DNA from: Azolla caroliniana
Lineage: Eukaryota; Plantae; Polypodiophyta
Direction: 5' to 3'
Assembly: GCA_043228905.1 (NCBI GenBank)
Contig: JBHGNT010000004.1
Span: forward strand, 16,864,001 to 16,928,000
DNA length: 64,000 bases
Shown piece after piece: positions 12,665 through 25,200 of the stretch. The notes under the pieces were generated by a model. The model saw only the letters and a program-made list of their open reading frames with translations, was not told the origin of the DNA and did not search any database. Positions within the stretch are counted from its first letter, which is position 1. Every line of letters begins with the position of its first letter. The position numbers and the translations under genes are program-made.

Positions 12665-15600
12665 GAAAAAAACATCAACTTGTATAAGGCCATTTCTATT
12701 GTAAAACTTGGTGTTCGGCATCCTTGCAGTTATGTTCCATCTGTCATCTGTTTATGTTGCTGCTTCCTTTGCTGCTTTTCCCATTTTATCTTCATTGTGA
12801 AAGCCCAATGGTAACGGAGCACAACAGTTGTATATAGATGAGAATTCTATACCCATTATTGGAAGTTCAATCTTTTTAGAATTTGGATATACATATTCAA
12901 AGATCATCTCTAACATATTCTTACAAATTTACAGTTTTTTTATGAAGGTATTTAGCATTCATTCAAACTCACCTTTGAAGGGATATCTCAAACCTGGAGA
13001 CTCGATTCTTGAGGCAAGAGGAGTTAAAGTGCACAGTATAGTTGATTGGGTTGAGCTTTTGCATTTCCATGATCTAAAGGATTCATCCTCAACAGATGAC
13101 ACATCTCAATTAAACAAACTTATTAAGGGTTTGCCACCTGGACCACCTAATTACATTTCAACAGAAGGTTATTGTGTTCCTCGAAAACGTCTTACAATGC
13201 AGGGAAACATGATACATGATCCGATTTGCTTAAATGATACTCTTTTGTTTTATCAAATTTCTACGGAGTCGATCGGCTTGAATTTATCGCAACGAATATT
13301 CTGCTTAAAAGCAACTGATTTATTTGAACAACAGGCGTGCAGCATTGAGAAATCTACATGTTTGGATGTAAGTCACCATTGATTAACTATGTAGCATTGT
13401 TTTGAATTAGAAAGAAATAAAGGAAGCTATATTAACATCTTTTAAGAGACCAAACTGACTAATAAGACCAAACAAAAGGTAACATCTGGCAATGTTTTCT
13501 CGATTTTGAGGTCAACAGACCAAAATAAACACAACTACATATTTCTAAGAATTTAAGATTCTAAACATTGATGGATTGAAACGATTGTCTCTGAACAATC
13601 TCCAACATCTGCTCAAGATGAGAGATCTCTAAAGCGAGGGAAGCACCTTTGATGAGAAAAGAAAGAAAGAAAGATATATTAACGTCTTTTAAGAGGCCAA
13701 AATGGCTATAAGACCAAACAAGAGATTACATGTCAAATGTTATCTCGTCTTTGAGAACAACAAATCAAAATAAAATAAATGTTACTAAGTAAACATAAAA
13801 GTAAATAAGATCAAAAGAGACCGAAGAATCTTGTTAGCAGTACATGTAAGATTCTCAACTTTGTCTTTGAAAGATTTCTAACATAGGTCAATCCAGAATT
13901 GAGAGGTCTCCAAAGTGAGGGAAGCACCTGTGATGGCAGGAGATAATGGCCTTTATTTGTTGATGACAATGGTGGTGAGATCATGGTCAATGGGGCTGGG
14001 GCCTACATGCACGACAAATTGCTATTGCCTGATCTATTGCAACCCCTTTGTTATGTCCTGGTTGGGAACCCATTTCTGTAGTCCTTGATTGACTTGTTGC
14101 ATTAGGAGTGATGGGGCTAAAGAAAGTTGTGATTGTTCTTTGTGGATGAGCTTGTGTGGACATACTATTTTCCTTCAACACATTTTCCCCATGTCTCTTG
14201 AGTTCTAGCAAGAAAAGTCCTAGGTACCGTTGGTCCTCATATTCCATTACCTTGCATAGTGGGCCAAAGCCTTGTTGAAAGAGCCAGTGGTATCTCCCTC
14301 TTATTTCATAAAAGACACTACAATGAAAAACATAGTGTTCTTCCGATTCCACTCAATGACACAATTGGCAAATTCTTTCTCCTAGAGGTATTCGTGCATA
14401 TTTACCTAACTCAATCTCTAATTCATGTGATGAAGTTCACAACTGCCCTATCACACTGCACGGTGCATAGGATGGATGTATGTGCATATGGGATGGCCTG
14501 ATGTATGTCCATCCTCCGATGTGTGTAAAAAGATGTGTTGTAGTGGGCCATCTTTGTACCAAGTGATATTTTGGCTGATCCATGTTATCTTGTTTTCTAA
14601 GTTAATAATATCAGTTCGGATCACTCTATTCTTTTCCACTTTGGTCATGTCTATATGGGGACAGTCCAAGCTATATTAGAATGGGGCTAGTGCATTTATG
14701 CTTATGCCATGTGACTCAAACCATTGCCACATTTGAGCATAACTGGTTGTCTTGAGGACATAAGTGCTAACTTTGAGTACCTTCCTTTAGGGAGCTCCCA
14801 AAGGCATTGGATACATGTCACTGATTGGAATAATGCCTCGGTGATTATAGGGGCTTATCCCATCTCTGCCAGAATTATATCATGGGGCATTGATTGCTTT
14901 GCTCCCTATCATGCAGGTAATCATTGCACTAAAGGTCTCTCTAAATCTTTCCATTAACTTGCCTTGTTCAGACTTTGTACCCACGTTTCACAATCCATAG
15001 AGTAGAGTTGGTGTCACAAGTGTATCAAATAGCCACAATTTAGTTTGTAACTCTTGGAACTGCAAATCGGCATATTGTCTTTTGAGAGCAACAAGGGTTG
15101 CATATCCACGTGAAAGTCAAGCACAAGCAGCCTTCGGTAAGGAGAATCAAGGCCCTGTAAATATTACTCCCACATATGTGTAGGGGTGTGTGTATGCCAC
15201 CTTTTCCTCTCCCAAGCAGAATTCTGGTTCTCATCTTGTTACCCATGCTTGAGTGGTGTTAAACACCAACACTTTAGTTATATCCATGTTTATTGGCAAA
15301 CCTTTGTCCGTATAAAATAGTTTTAAGGCATTTTGATGTCTTTGTAGCAAGAAAAGTGCCAAGTACTGTTAGTCTTTGTATTCCATTACCTCTCGTGGTG
15401 TTTCAAAGGCCTGTTTGAAGAGGCAATTGTACCTCCTTTTTTTCATAAAAAACACCTTAGTGGTGGATATAGTGGTCTTCTGAATCCATCCCTGATGGCA
15501 CAATGGTCATATCTGTTCTCCCATAGGTTTACTTGCATATTTGCCTATCTCAACTTTTAGTCAATGTGAAGTGGTTTTGAGCTGCCCTATCACACATTGG

Positions 15601-18600
15601 AGTGCATGAGATAGATGTGTATCCATATAAGAACTGGCAAGAAATCCATCCCGCAACACATGTAGAAAGAGTGCTTTCTAGTGGGCCATCTTCCTATGAA
15701 GAGATATTGTGCTGATCCATGTTTTTTGATATTCCAATTTAATGTTATCAGCTGGGATCACTCTATGCTTCACCCACACTCCCAAGTTCCATTTCGAGTT
15801 CCAAGCCCTCCAAATGGCTGATAATGCTTTCCATTTGTCCCACGTCTTCCATTGATATTTTGCCAACTCCAAGCTTGTCTGTGTTTATCCATAATCCACC
15901 TCCCATCTCAAGCATGCTGCCCATGCTTCGAAGTTCCCAACCTGTATTCCATCTTTGTGATGTTCCCAAGCCCCAATAAACTCCAAGTTGCCCTTGGGGC
16001 CCCACCCCCTCCCTGCCCCTCCATGACTTCTCTGGTGCCCTTGTCCCAATAAAGCCATTCTTTTTCGTGTTAGTCATGTTCAGTTGTGTCCAGTCCAAGC
16101 AAGCTATATTGGAGTGGGGCGAGTGTGTTTATATTAATGGCAACAATTATTGTCTCCATTTTTATCCAAATATTATGACCCAAGTGCCAATCTTGAGTAC
16201 CTTTGCTTAGGAGTCCCCAAATCTATTGGATACTGGTCACAGATCGGAATAATGCCTCAGTCACTATTGGGGCTGCTCCCATCTCATGCAGATTATATCG
16301 TGGGGCAGCAATATTTGCTCCTTATCATGCAGGCAATCATTGAGGCTAAAGGTCTCTTTACTGTCCAGTTTTGAGCCTAATGAAAGCTTAGTCTCCAGAT
16401 TTCTTTTGTGTAGAAAGAGAAAGATACATTAACGTCTTTTTTAAAGGCTAAAATGCCCTATATGACCAAACAACAGATTACATCTTAAAATATTGTTTTG
16501 TATTTGAGAACAAACCAAAATAAATGCAAACTAAAGAATCCCATTGTCCATACAGGTAAGATTCTCGCATAAAACGAAACATAGGTCTTCAAAAGATATC
16601 TTGCATAGGTCGATCTAGAATGGAGAGATCTCCGAAGCGAGGGAAGCACTTGTGATGGTGGAAGATAATGGCCTAAAGAAAGTTGTGATTGCTCTATGTC
16701 AATGAGCCTGTGTCATTCTATTGTCGTCCTTCAATAACATTTCCCTTTGTCTCTTGAGTCTAGCAAGAACAACCTGATATTCCATTACCTTGTATAGTGG
16801 GCCAAAGTCTGGTTAAAGAGGTAATGATACCCCCCTCTTATTTCATAACAAATAGTACAGTGACATTCTGTTCTTTAGATTCCACTCCTGATGACACAAT
16901 TGGCAAAATCGTTCTTCCAAGGTGTGCATGCATCAACCTCTAACTGATGTGAAGAGGTTCACAGATGTCATAGCACACTACGCAGCCCATGGAATAGATC
17001 TATGCCCATATAAGAGGGCCCCACAATAAATCCTTCCAAGCTATATTTGAATGGGGGTATTGCAATTCTGCTTATGCCATGTGCCTTGACCCCTTGTTGT
17101 GTTTCAGCATACCAACAATGATTAGTTCTGTGTTTAGCTAGTTGTTTTGATGGCATAAGTGCCAACCTTGAGTACTTTCATTTAGGGAGCTCCCATAGCC
17201 ATTGGATACCGGTCACTGATCAGAAAAATGCCTTGGTGATTATTCAGGCTGTGCCCATCTCTGCCAAAATTATATCATGGGATACTGATACTTTGCTCCT
17301 TATCACGTGGGCAATAATTAAGACTAAAGGTCTCGCCAAATCTACGTCCTTCTGCACAAGATGCACTCTATCATGTAGCTTCGTTTTGTATAACACAGCC
17401 ACTCCTCCCAAACCTCTAGTGCTTACCGGTGTCCGAGGTTGGGGACGACATATTGACTCCCATTCTATATTAAAGACCAAACAAGAGATTATATTCTAAG
17501 TGTTGTCTTGTCTTTGAGAACAACACATCAAAATAAATAAATGTTATCAATTAAAAAAAGTAAACAAGATAAAAAGAGACTAAAGCATCTTGTTACCGGT
17601 ACATATAAGTTTCTCAAATAAAATGTATTATAATTTTCCTCTTCATTTTCGGATATCCAATATGACCTATGTGACAAAAATTATAATATTTTCAGGTAAT
17701 ACATTTCAAAGTGAATTGTGAATCTTGATGTTCAAGAACTTTGCTAATAAACATTGCAATTAAGAGTGCACACTCTTTAACTATGGGAGAAATTCGTATG
17801 AGTACTGGGTTTGGTCAATGATGTGTTGGAAGCATAGTCGAATGTGATCAAAGGCAAAGCATTGGTTCAAAGTGTGATACCCAGACTACCAAACTTGTTT
17901 AGGGCAAAGTGTGCATGGTCAGTCAACTATTCTCATCACTTGTGCCCCAATACCCCGTCTCACATCATAGTGAGTGTGACCTAAGTCGTACGGAAGTAAT
18001 GGCTTCAAATGACAGGCAATGGAAAGGGTGCTTACATATATTGATGTGTGCAATCTCCCTGTGCGGTGAAGAACTTAGTTTTGTAGTTAGGTGCAACATA
18101 TGTAGTATAATGTGTGAAGCGTGAGCCTCCGGATTTTTCCCATGTCATGATACATTGGTGTTGCAAAAAGGCCTCATTCACAAAGGAATTGATTGATTCA
18201 TCATGAAGCAAATGTGTTGCTTCTCATCTTCCAAACCATTTTTCAATGTCTTGCAGCCAACCTGAACACAAAATTTTGCTTTTGTGTCTCTTGGATCTTT
18301 TTGCTTGTTTCCCATGTGATTCTAGGGAATCCAATGTGAGGAACTTTTTTGAACCTTAAGCATATATTCGACAACCCTGTCTATAGTCATGATCTTCCAA
18401 ACCATTCTTCAATGTCTTGCAGCCAACCCGAACACAAAATTTTGCTTTTGTGTCTCTTGGATCTTTTTGCTTGTTTCCCATGTGATTCTAGGGAATCCGA
18501 TGTGAGGAACTTTTTTGAACCTTAAGCATATATTCGACAACCCTGTCTATAGTCATGATCTCAATGGGAAGTGATATTGTTTTAAAAAAGTAGGAGGGTG

Positions 18601-20021
18601 TAAGCGTTTGTTTCTTCACTTGGAGAAACTTCATAAGGAAATGCTTTTGGACATTTTCAAACTCTTTACAAGTGAACTTAGGGATGTTACTGCCTCATAC
18701 TTCCACCCCATAAAGAAGCACTGGTTTCACCTGAGTGTCAAAAGTAGTTAGCTCTCAACACTTAATTTGGTCAATGATCCCAGAGATAGATAGATGTTTT
18801 TTTTAATGTCCATGGAAACTGATTAAGATCTATGAGAGAGATTTTATTATCTTCTTCAAAGGTCAAATATGACCTATGTATGAGTGTAATATTTTCACAT
18901 AATACATGAGAGAAAGAAAGAAAATATTAATGTCTTTTAAGATACCAAACAAGAGATTACATCTGAAGTGTTGTCTCATCTTTGAGAACAACAAATCAAA
19001 ATAAAATAAATATTACTTAGTAAATATAAAAGTAAATAAGATAAAAGAGAGGAAAGAATCTGGTTCTCGGAACATGTGAGATTCTCAAGTTAGATACATT
19101 ATAAATTTTGTCTTCAAAAGATCTCTAGCATAGTTAGAGAGAGAGAGACAATTTATATTCATTTTATTTTACAGCAGAACCGGTCATGTGTATCACCAAT
19201 ACTGAGTCAGGGAGAAGCATTAATTGACATAAAATTCAAGCGTTTGGCTTCAGAATGTGAGGCGACAAATGCTTCTTGTCATCAAAGCCTCATATATATT
19301 GGAGAACCCAAGGCTCTCTTTTATTCTCTGAAACTGACTGAATATAGGCCACGACAACTATATTCCGATTTCATTCTTTTATCTTTGTTTCAAAGCTTTC
19401 CAGATGTTGTCATGCGGCTACTTACATACACTTTTTCAATATCAGCAGCTATGGTGCTCTTGAATAGTGCTCCGGTATAGTCTTATTTATCTTTCATCTT
19501 CACTTACAGTAATGTGGTATGTCATGGTTGGTCCATCTACATGAAGAGTCAATTGTTTGTTGTGTTTGGGGTTTAGTGTTTCATTGTTGTATCCCAGGCT
19601 TTCTTATTGTTTAAGGGTTTCATCGATGAAAATGCCATTTTCGTTCATTTTTGCTTGCAAACTAATGTAGCTCATGCCAGTTCTTTCATCTAGTTGGGAA
19701 ATTGATTGTTTTGTGTTTAGGATTTTAGGGATTAAGATATCATCAATGGTGATAATATAGTCACATCTACTTTGTTTTGGATGTCTTCATGAATGCAAAT
19801 TTTTTGTTCTCATCTTTGCTTACAATAACATTGCTTGTGACCAGGTATTTTACCTAGATGGGGAGTCCATGGTTCGAGCATGGATCCAAATATCGTTCAC
19901 ATTCTGCAATATCTATATTCACCCGAACAAACAAAAGAAGATAATTCATATCTCTTTGATCATTGGTAGTATTGTGTGCGCTCTTTTCCTCGCATCTGGT
20001 GTTATCAACATGGTTTTATGA
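10641..20021 (+). CDS. S2P: Membrane-bound transcription factor site-2 protease (M50A metalloprotease), 10 exons
   Basis: Exons 10641-10723, 10807-10872, 11704-11773, 11893-11985, 12184-12287, 12452-12599, 12730-12810, 12948-13367, 19175-19474, 19845-20021, all GT-AG with compatible phases. Motifs HELGH (HExxH), PGAFV, LRIYSAGIWQN, PDZ-like SPLKGYLKPGD and LNSAPVFYLDG. Confidence 0.92.
13409..19135 (-). mobile_element. Stack of at least 8 truncated RTE-like LINE fragments (two families) filling S2P intron 8, all antisense
   Basis: Family-1 3' ends at about 13409, 13657, 16412, 17465 and 18910, with a further body piece at 15345-16400. Family-2 3' ends at about 17630 and 18785. Endonuclease-like piece GLGGVAVLYK at about 17340-17465. 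All match the copies at 7711-9192 or 21256-22215. Confidence 0.85.
18226..18561. repeat. 166-bp near-perfect tandem duplication inside a LINE fragment
   Basis: atcttccaaaccatt...ctatagtcatgatc starts at both 18226 and 18392. Confidence 0.9.
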
Positions 20022-21223
20022 TAATTGATCGTTGTGATCCTGGAAAAACCCCAATCATTATTACGTTTCTAATGCTAAATAATCCAGTAACCCCTCCCAT
20101 GAGGGTGATTGAGATTTTGGATGGAAACAATTCACCATGTCTTAATAGTTTCCTCTTTAGTTGAAAACTTTCCTTGAAAGTAAATCTTGTGGTGCATCAT
20201 CTGTGTTCAATGGCAAGGCACAATCCAGAGTGTTTATTGGTTCCTGAGTAAAGCCTGTAATGTAACATTGAGTGACATTGATCAGGTTTTCTTGTTTGTC
20301 CTTAGTTACCATGTGGTTCACCAATTAACCTAAGGCCCAGTTTTGTAAAGTATAAGCAAATTTATTACTCTTACTATTAACAATTTTATTATTCTTATCA
20401 CCAAAGCAATTGATTCAACAATCTTTTCATTGATGTTTCAATTCATAATTGGTAATGCTCTAATTCAAATTTATCTCAAAATCATTGCATTGTCTCTTTT
20501 GTGAGCCTTCCAATTATTTTTTGATGTGCAACTGATAAACAAAATGTTCAAATATAGATCATTGCTATATGACATTTTGCAAGATCTTTGGTAATGGAGT
20601 TTAGCAAAAGAGACCTCACATATTTCTAATGTGTTGAAATTGTCTTGCACTTGAATGATCCTTTGGAAATCTGGGAATCTAGCACGCTAGTGGAGGAGAT
20701 TTAGACCCTTATATACAGATTAAGAGTATACTTTGAGATTATATTCCTTTAATCGTAGTAAATTGTTGGCTTGCCTTATAGTGCTACCTATGCTTACCTC
20801 CTAGTTTTTGTTATTTTGAAATTAATCGTAGTTTGACTTTTACTATATGATGCACTTTGATGGACGGATAACCTTAAGTCTCATGGCTACTTGTCTTGCT
20901 TTTCTTGCAACCAAATTTGAATAGAGTCATGCCAAATCAGCATGGTGTTTTGCGAAATTTGAAAATCTGAAACAAGAAGTGTTCCTAAACTAACCAAAGA
21001 CAACTGAAAGCTAACTTTGGGCCAAGGGAACAATGTTGGGGGACACAACATATCGTACATATGTGCGTATCTATAATATATGGAGACGTAATGAATAAAT
21101 AATATGAAATGAATAGAGGAGAAACCACATCGGAGAAGGGTAAGCCTGAAGATTACACCAAAATCCATGGGGGGGGGCATTTTCTGCAATTCTAATTTCT
21201 TCCTTCCTTCTCTTCTTTTCCAT

Positions 21224-21255
<32 letters not shown>

Positions 21256-21258
<3 letters not shown>

Positions 21259-22215
21259 AATGATCTTTTTGACACTTTGGTGACCCCGGTTCTTCTCTAT
21301 GGGGTGGAAGTATGGGGCGGTAGCATCCCTAAATCTACGTGGAAAGAGTTTGAAAATATCCAAAAACATTTACTGACAAAGTTTCTACAAGTAAAGAAAC
21401 AAATACCCTACACCCTCCTCCCTGAGACGGGATCGCTTCCCATTGAAATCATGGCCATGGAAAGGGTTGTTGAATACATGCTTAAGGTTCAAAAAAGTCT
21501 CTCATATCGACTTCCTAGAATTGCATGGGAAGCAAGCAAAAAGATCCAAAAGACGCATAAAAGCAAAATTTTGTGTTCTGGTTGGATGCAAGATTTAGAA
21601 AAATGGTTTCGTAGATGGGATGCAAGACACTTGCTTCATGATGCGTCACTAGATTCCTCTGTAAATGAGGCCTTTTTGCAACACTAATGTATCATGACAT
21701 GGGACAAATGTGGTGGCTCACACTTCACACATTATACTACAAATGTTGCACCTAACTACAAACCATATTCTTTGTGGAACGGGGAAGCCATACACATCGA
21801 TACATGTTAGAGCCCATCTTGATATCTGCCATTCAAACCATTGCTTCCATGCAACTTAGCTCGCGCGCATTGAGATGTGAGACGGGGCGTTGGGGCACAA
21901 GTGATGAGAGTGGCCGACTATGCACACTTTGCCCTAAACAAGTTCAAGAGTCTAAGTATCACACTTTGATACAATGCTTTGCCTTTGATCATATTCGACC
22001 ATGCTTTCCACATCTCTTCGATTGAGCCCAATCCTTGCACGAATTTCTCTCACAACCACGATGTGCACTCTCGATTGCAGCATTCATTGGTAAAGTTCTT
22101 GAACATCGAGAGTCGCTACTCACCTTCACACGTATCACATGAAATGTAATATTTTTGGTCTCATAGGTCATATTTGACATCCGAAGATGATAATATAATA
22201 TATCTATCTATCTAT
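21256..22215 (+). mobile_element. 5'-truncated RTE-like LINE (family 2) with (TATC)n tail, inserted in a (CT)n microsatellite
   Basis: ORF pieces VTPVLLYGVEVWG, LSSRALRCETGRW and CTLC..ESKYHTLIQC. (CT)n lies on both flanks. Confidence 0.85.
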
Positions 22216-22239
22216 ATCTCTCTCTCTCTCTCAAATAAT

Positions 22240-25200
22240 GGCTTTCATTATAAAAGAAAAAACACCACCATGACTAACTTACTACAAAGTATAGAACCCT
22301 TCTATCTATGGATCTAAAGACTACTACGACTCCAAACTCAATGCCACCCTATACACCAATTCAAATGGCGAATATGATGATATGTGACCTTGCAGAGTTC
22401 TCTCTCTTCATGAGTTGGATTTCGTGACTTCCCTAGCACTATCAATTTCTATAAAAGAAGTCCTTTTAACTTCAAAACATATTTTCTCACCCCAACTAGC
22501 AAATCAAAAGTGAAAGCATTTCGCATATTCCAATTGAAGCATAGCCCCCAATACCTCAAGAACTCAAAAATAATTTGGAAATGTGGCATTGCTTCATTGT
22601 TCTCCATATGTGCAAAAACCCAACTGAAGGAAGATAGGCTTACTCCAGTTAGAGATATCCACATTGAACTGATACACCTCCAAAACATCCTTGCCATCGG
22701 GCATGAAAGCAATTGATGCCTACTATGTTCCAATTCCACCGAACAAAAGAAACACGATCCTTTAGTAATGTTTCTTTTTTTTTTAATGCATCCCCGAATG
22801 GTAAAGCTCCAACCATAACTCTCCAAATAAATACCTTACCTTGTAGGATCAATCGAGAACACCAACATGCCTTGATCACATGAAACCACCAAGTAATGGA
22901 CTTACAAAAACCCCATATCTTTATAACCATTTCTTCCAACCACTTATGCTCGTCAATCAACTTGTGATAAGCAACATTTGTTAAGATCATAGTCAATCTC
23001 TTATTTCCAACAAACCTCCAATCAAGCTCTTGAGATCGCCCATCGAAATCAAGATTTGGCTCATATGAAGATAATATTTCTTGCAACTTATCCCAAATAA
23101 AGGTATAACCTTTTGGAATACGAAATGTCGATCTTGTTGTTCGACAGGTCATTAATATTCTTTGTGCCACCAACATAACATCCTTGACTGTTACCGAACC
23201 CAATCTAGCCATCCGATTAAATTGAAGGTTAAGAAATTGTTTACCTTCCCACCTCAACAACCTTGATGTCACCAAAACCTTGCACATTTGACATCCAACA
23301 TACTTTACCAAGATGTCAAATGATTAACTATTAGAGACCTTGCACATTTAACATCCATTCCAGAATTAATTACATTCCACCAATTAGCTTCAACCTTCAT
23401 GTTTCCAAGCTTAATTCCATTCTTCTATATAATGTACACTACCATTTCTGCCCAAAGTTGTACACCTTCAAACATAAATTGGATGAAAGTAAATCGACGA
23501 GTCACTATATGCTCATATAGCTTCAATATTGATGCCCCACCAAGACACTTCAGAGTAAAAACATGATTTCATGCCAACCACGACAAGGCACTTCTCCCTT
23601 TTCTTTTCTATAACAACATTCACATGTGATAACATTTCAAGACCTTTCTTCTTCCATGGGAGCAAAAGAAGATAATAAGACACCATATAGACCATAATCG
23701 ATTGGAGCACCTTAAGTTGTACATGAAAAGGCCAAAATTGAGACCTCTAATACATAAACTTATCCTCCAACCTTTTGGATACCCACTCAATAAGTTTCAC
23801 ATGAGAAACTTCCACCCCAATTGGATATCCAAGGTGACGAAAAATCATACCACGATTTACTATCCTTCCTGACCACCCCAACCCTAACACATCTTGTTCT
23901 GTACATGAAATGAGGATCAATTTATGTATATTAATTCTCAACCCTAAAGCATTTGAAAAAAATTCCCACACATCTCTTGTCTTACTAATATTTTCCCAAT
24001 TAGGTGCCAAAAACATAATATGGTCATCCATGAGAGGTTGAACAATGCATGGCTTCCCTGATGGCAACCTTAGTCCAAGCAGTTCTTCCTTTGTAGCCAT
24101 ATTGTGTAACTTAACAAGAATAGGATGTGTCACAATAGTAAATAGTAAAGGATTGACTAGACATCCTTGTCCATTGGCCATCTATTGCTAAGAACCCATA
24201 TTGAGCATTATGAATAATAGAAAGTAAAACCTTATGCAATCTATTGGCCATCACTTTTGCAAAAATCTTGTACATTTCCCCCATCAATGAAATAGGCCTC
24301 CATTGAGCAAAGGAAGATGGAGAAGGTACCTTTGGCAAAAGCTTTATCAAACCAATCTTCAAAGAATGAGACATTTCCCCTAATGTGCACACCTTCTGAA
24401 ATAAAACCATAAAAGGCCCCTTTAACTTAATCACATATTTCTTAAAGAGTTCATTTGTTAATCCATCTCGCCCAAGACTCTTATCATTAGCAAGATGTGG
24501 CATGCCATGTTCCACCTCATCCTCTAAAATATTTGTATCTAATGATTGTGCCACATCATGCGATACATGATTTTTCACTCCATTAAAAAATACATCTCTA
24601 TCCTTTTTAACATTATCATCGATACACACTTGTACATCCAACCATTGTGTATAATATTCTACGCATTTCTTCACAATTTATTGAGGATCGGAAGACACGA
24701 TACCATTTTCCTTTAACCTTACCACATTATGGCGTGCATGTGATTCATGAAGGTCATGAAAAAACTTATGTGATTGACAATTAGCATCCTCCACTTTTTG
24801 TCTTAGACGATGTAGTCTAGCATGTTGATAATTTTTTGCCATAAGGTCATCCATCGTAGAAATTAATACCTCTTGATATCCCATCAACTCTACATCTGTT
24901 GGCCAATAAGTTAACAATGAGTTGCATTTATTAAGCAAATTAACTAGCAGACTTAATTTTTTTCAAGCTTCTAAAAGCATGGTGAATTCCATAATACCTA
25001 GTTAACCTCTGAACATTTGTAACAATTACTTCCCATGCTTCATACCTATCAAATTGTACACGATAGGCAAATGCATCAATCAATTGACATATCTAGGCAT
25101 GGAAGACCTCATGATCCAAAAATGAAGAATTAAAAATCAACGACGGTTTTCCTAAAAACTCATGAAAAGCTCTTATTGAGTGGTTAATGAATTCAAAAAT

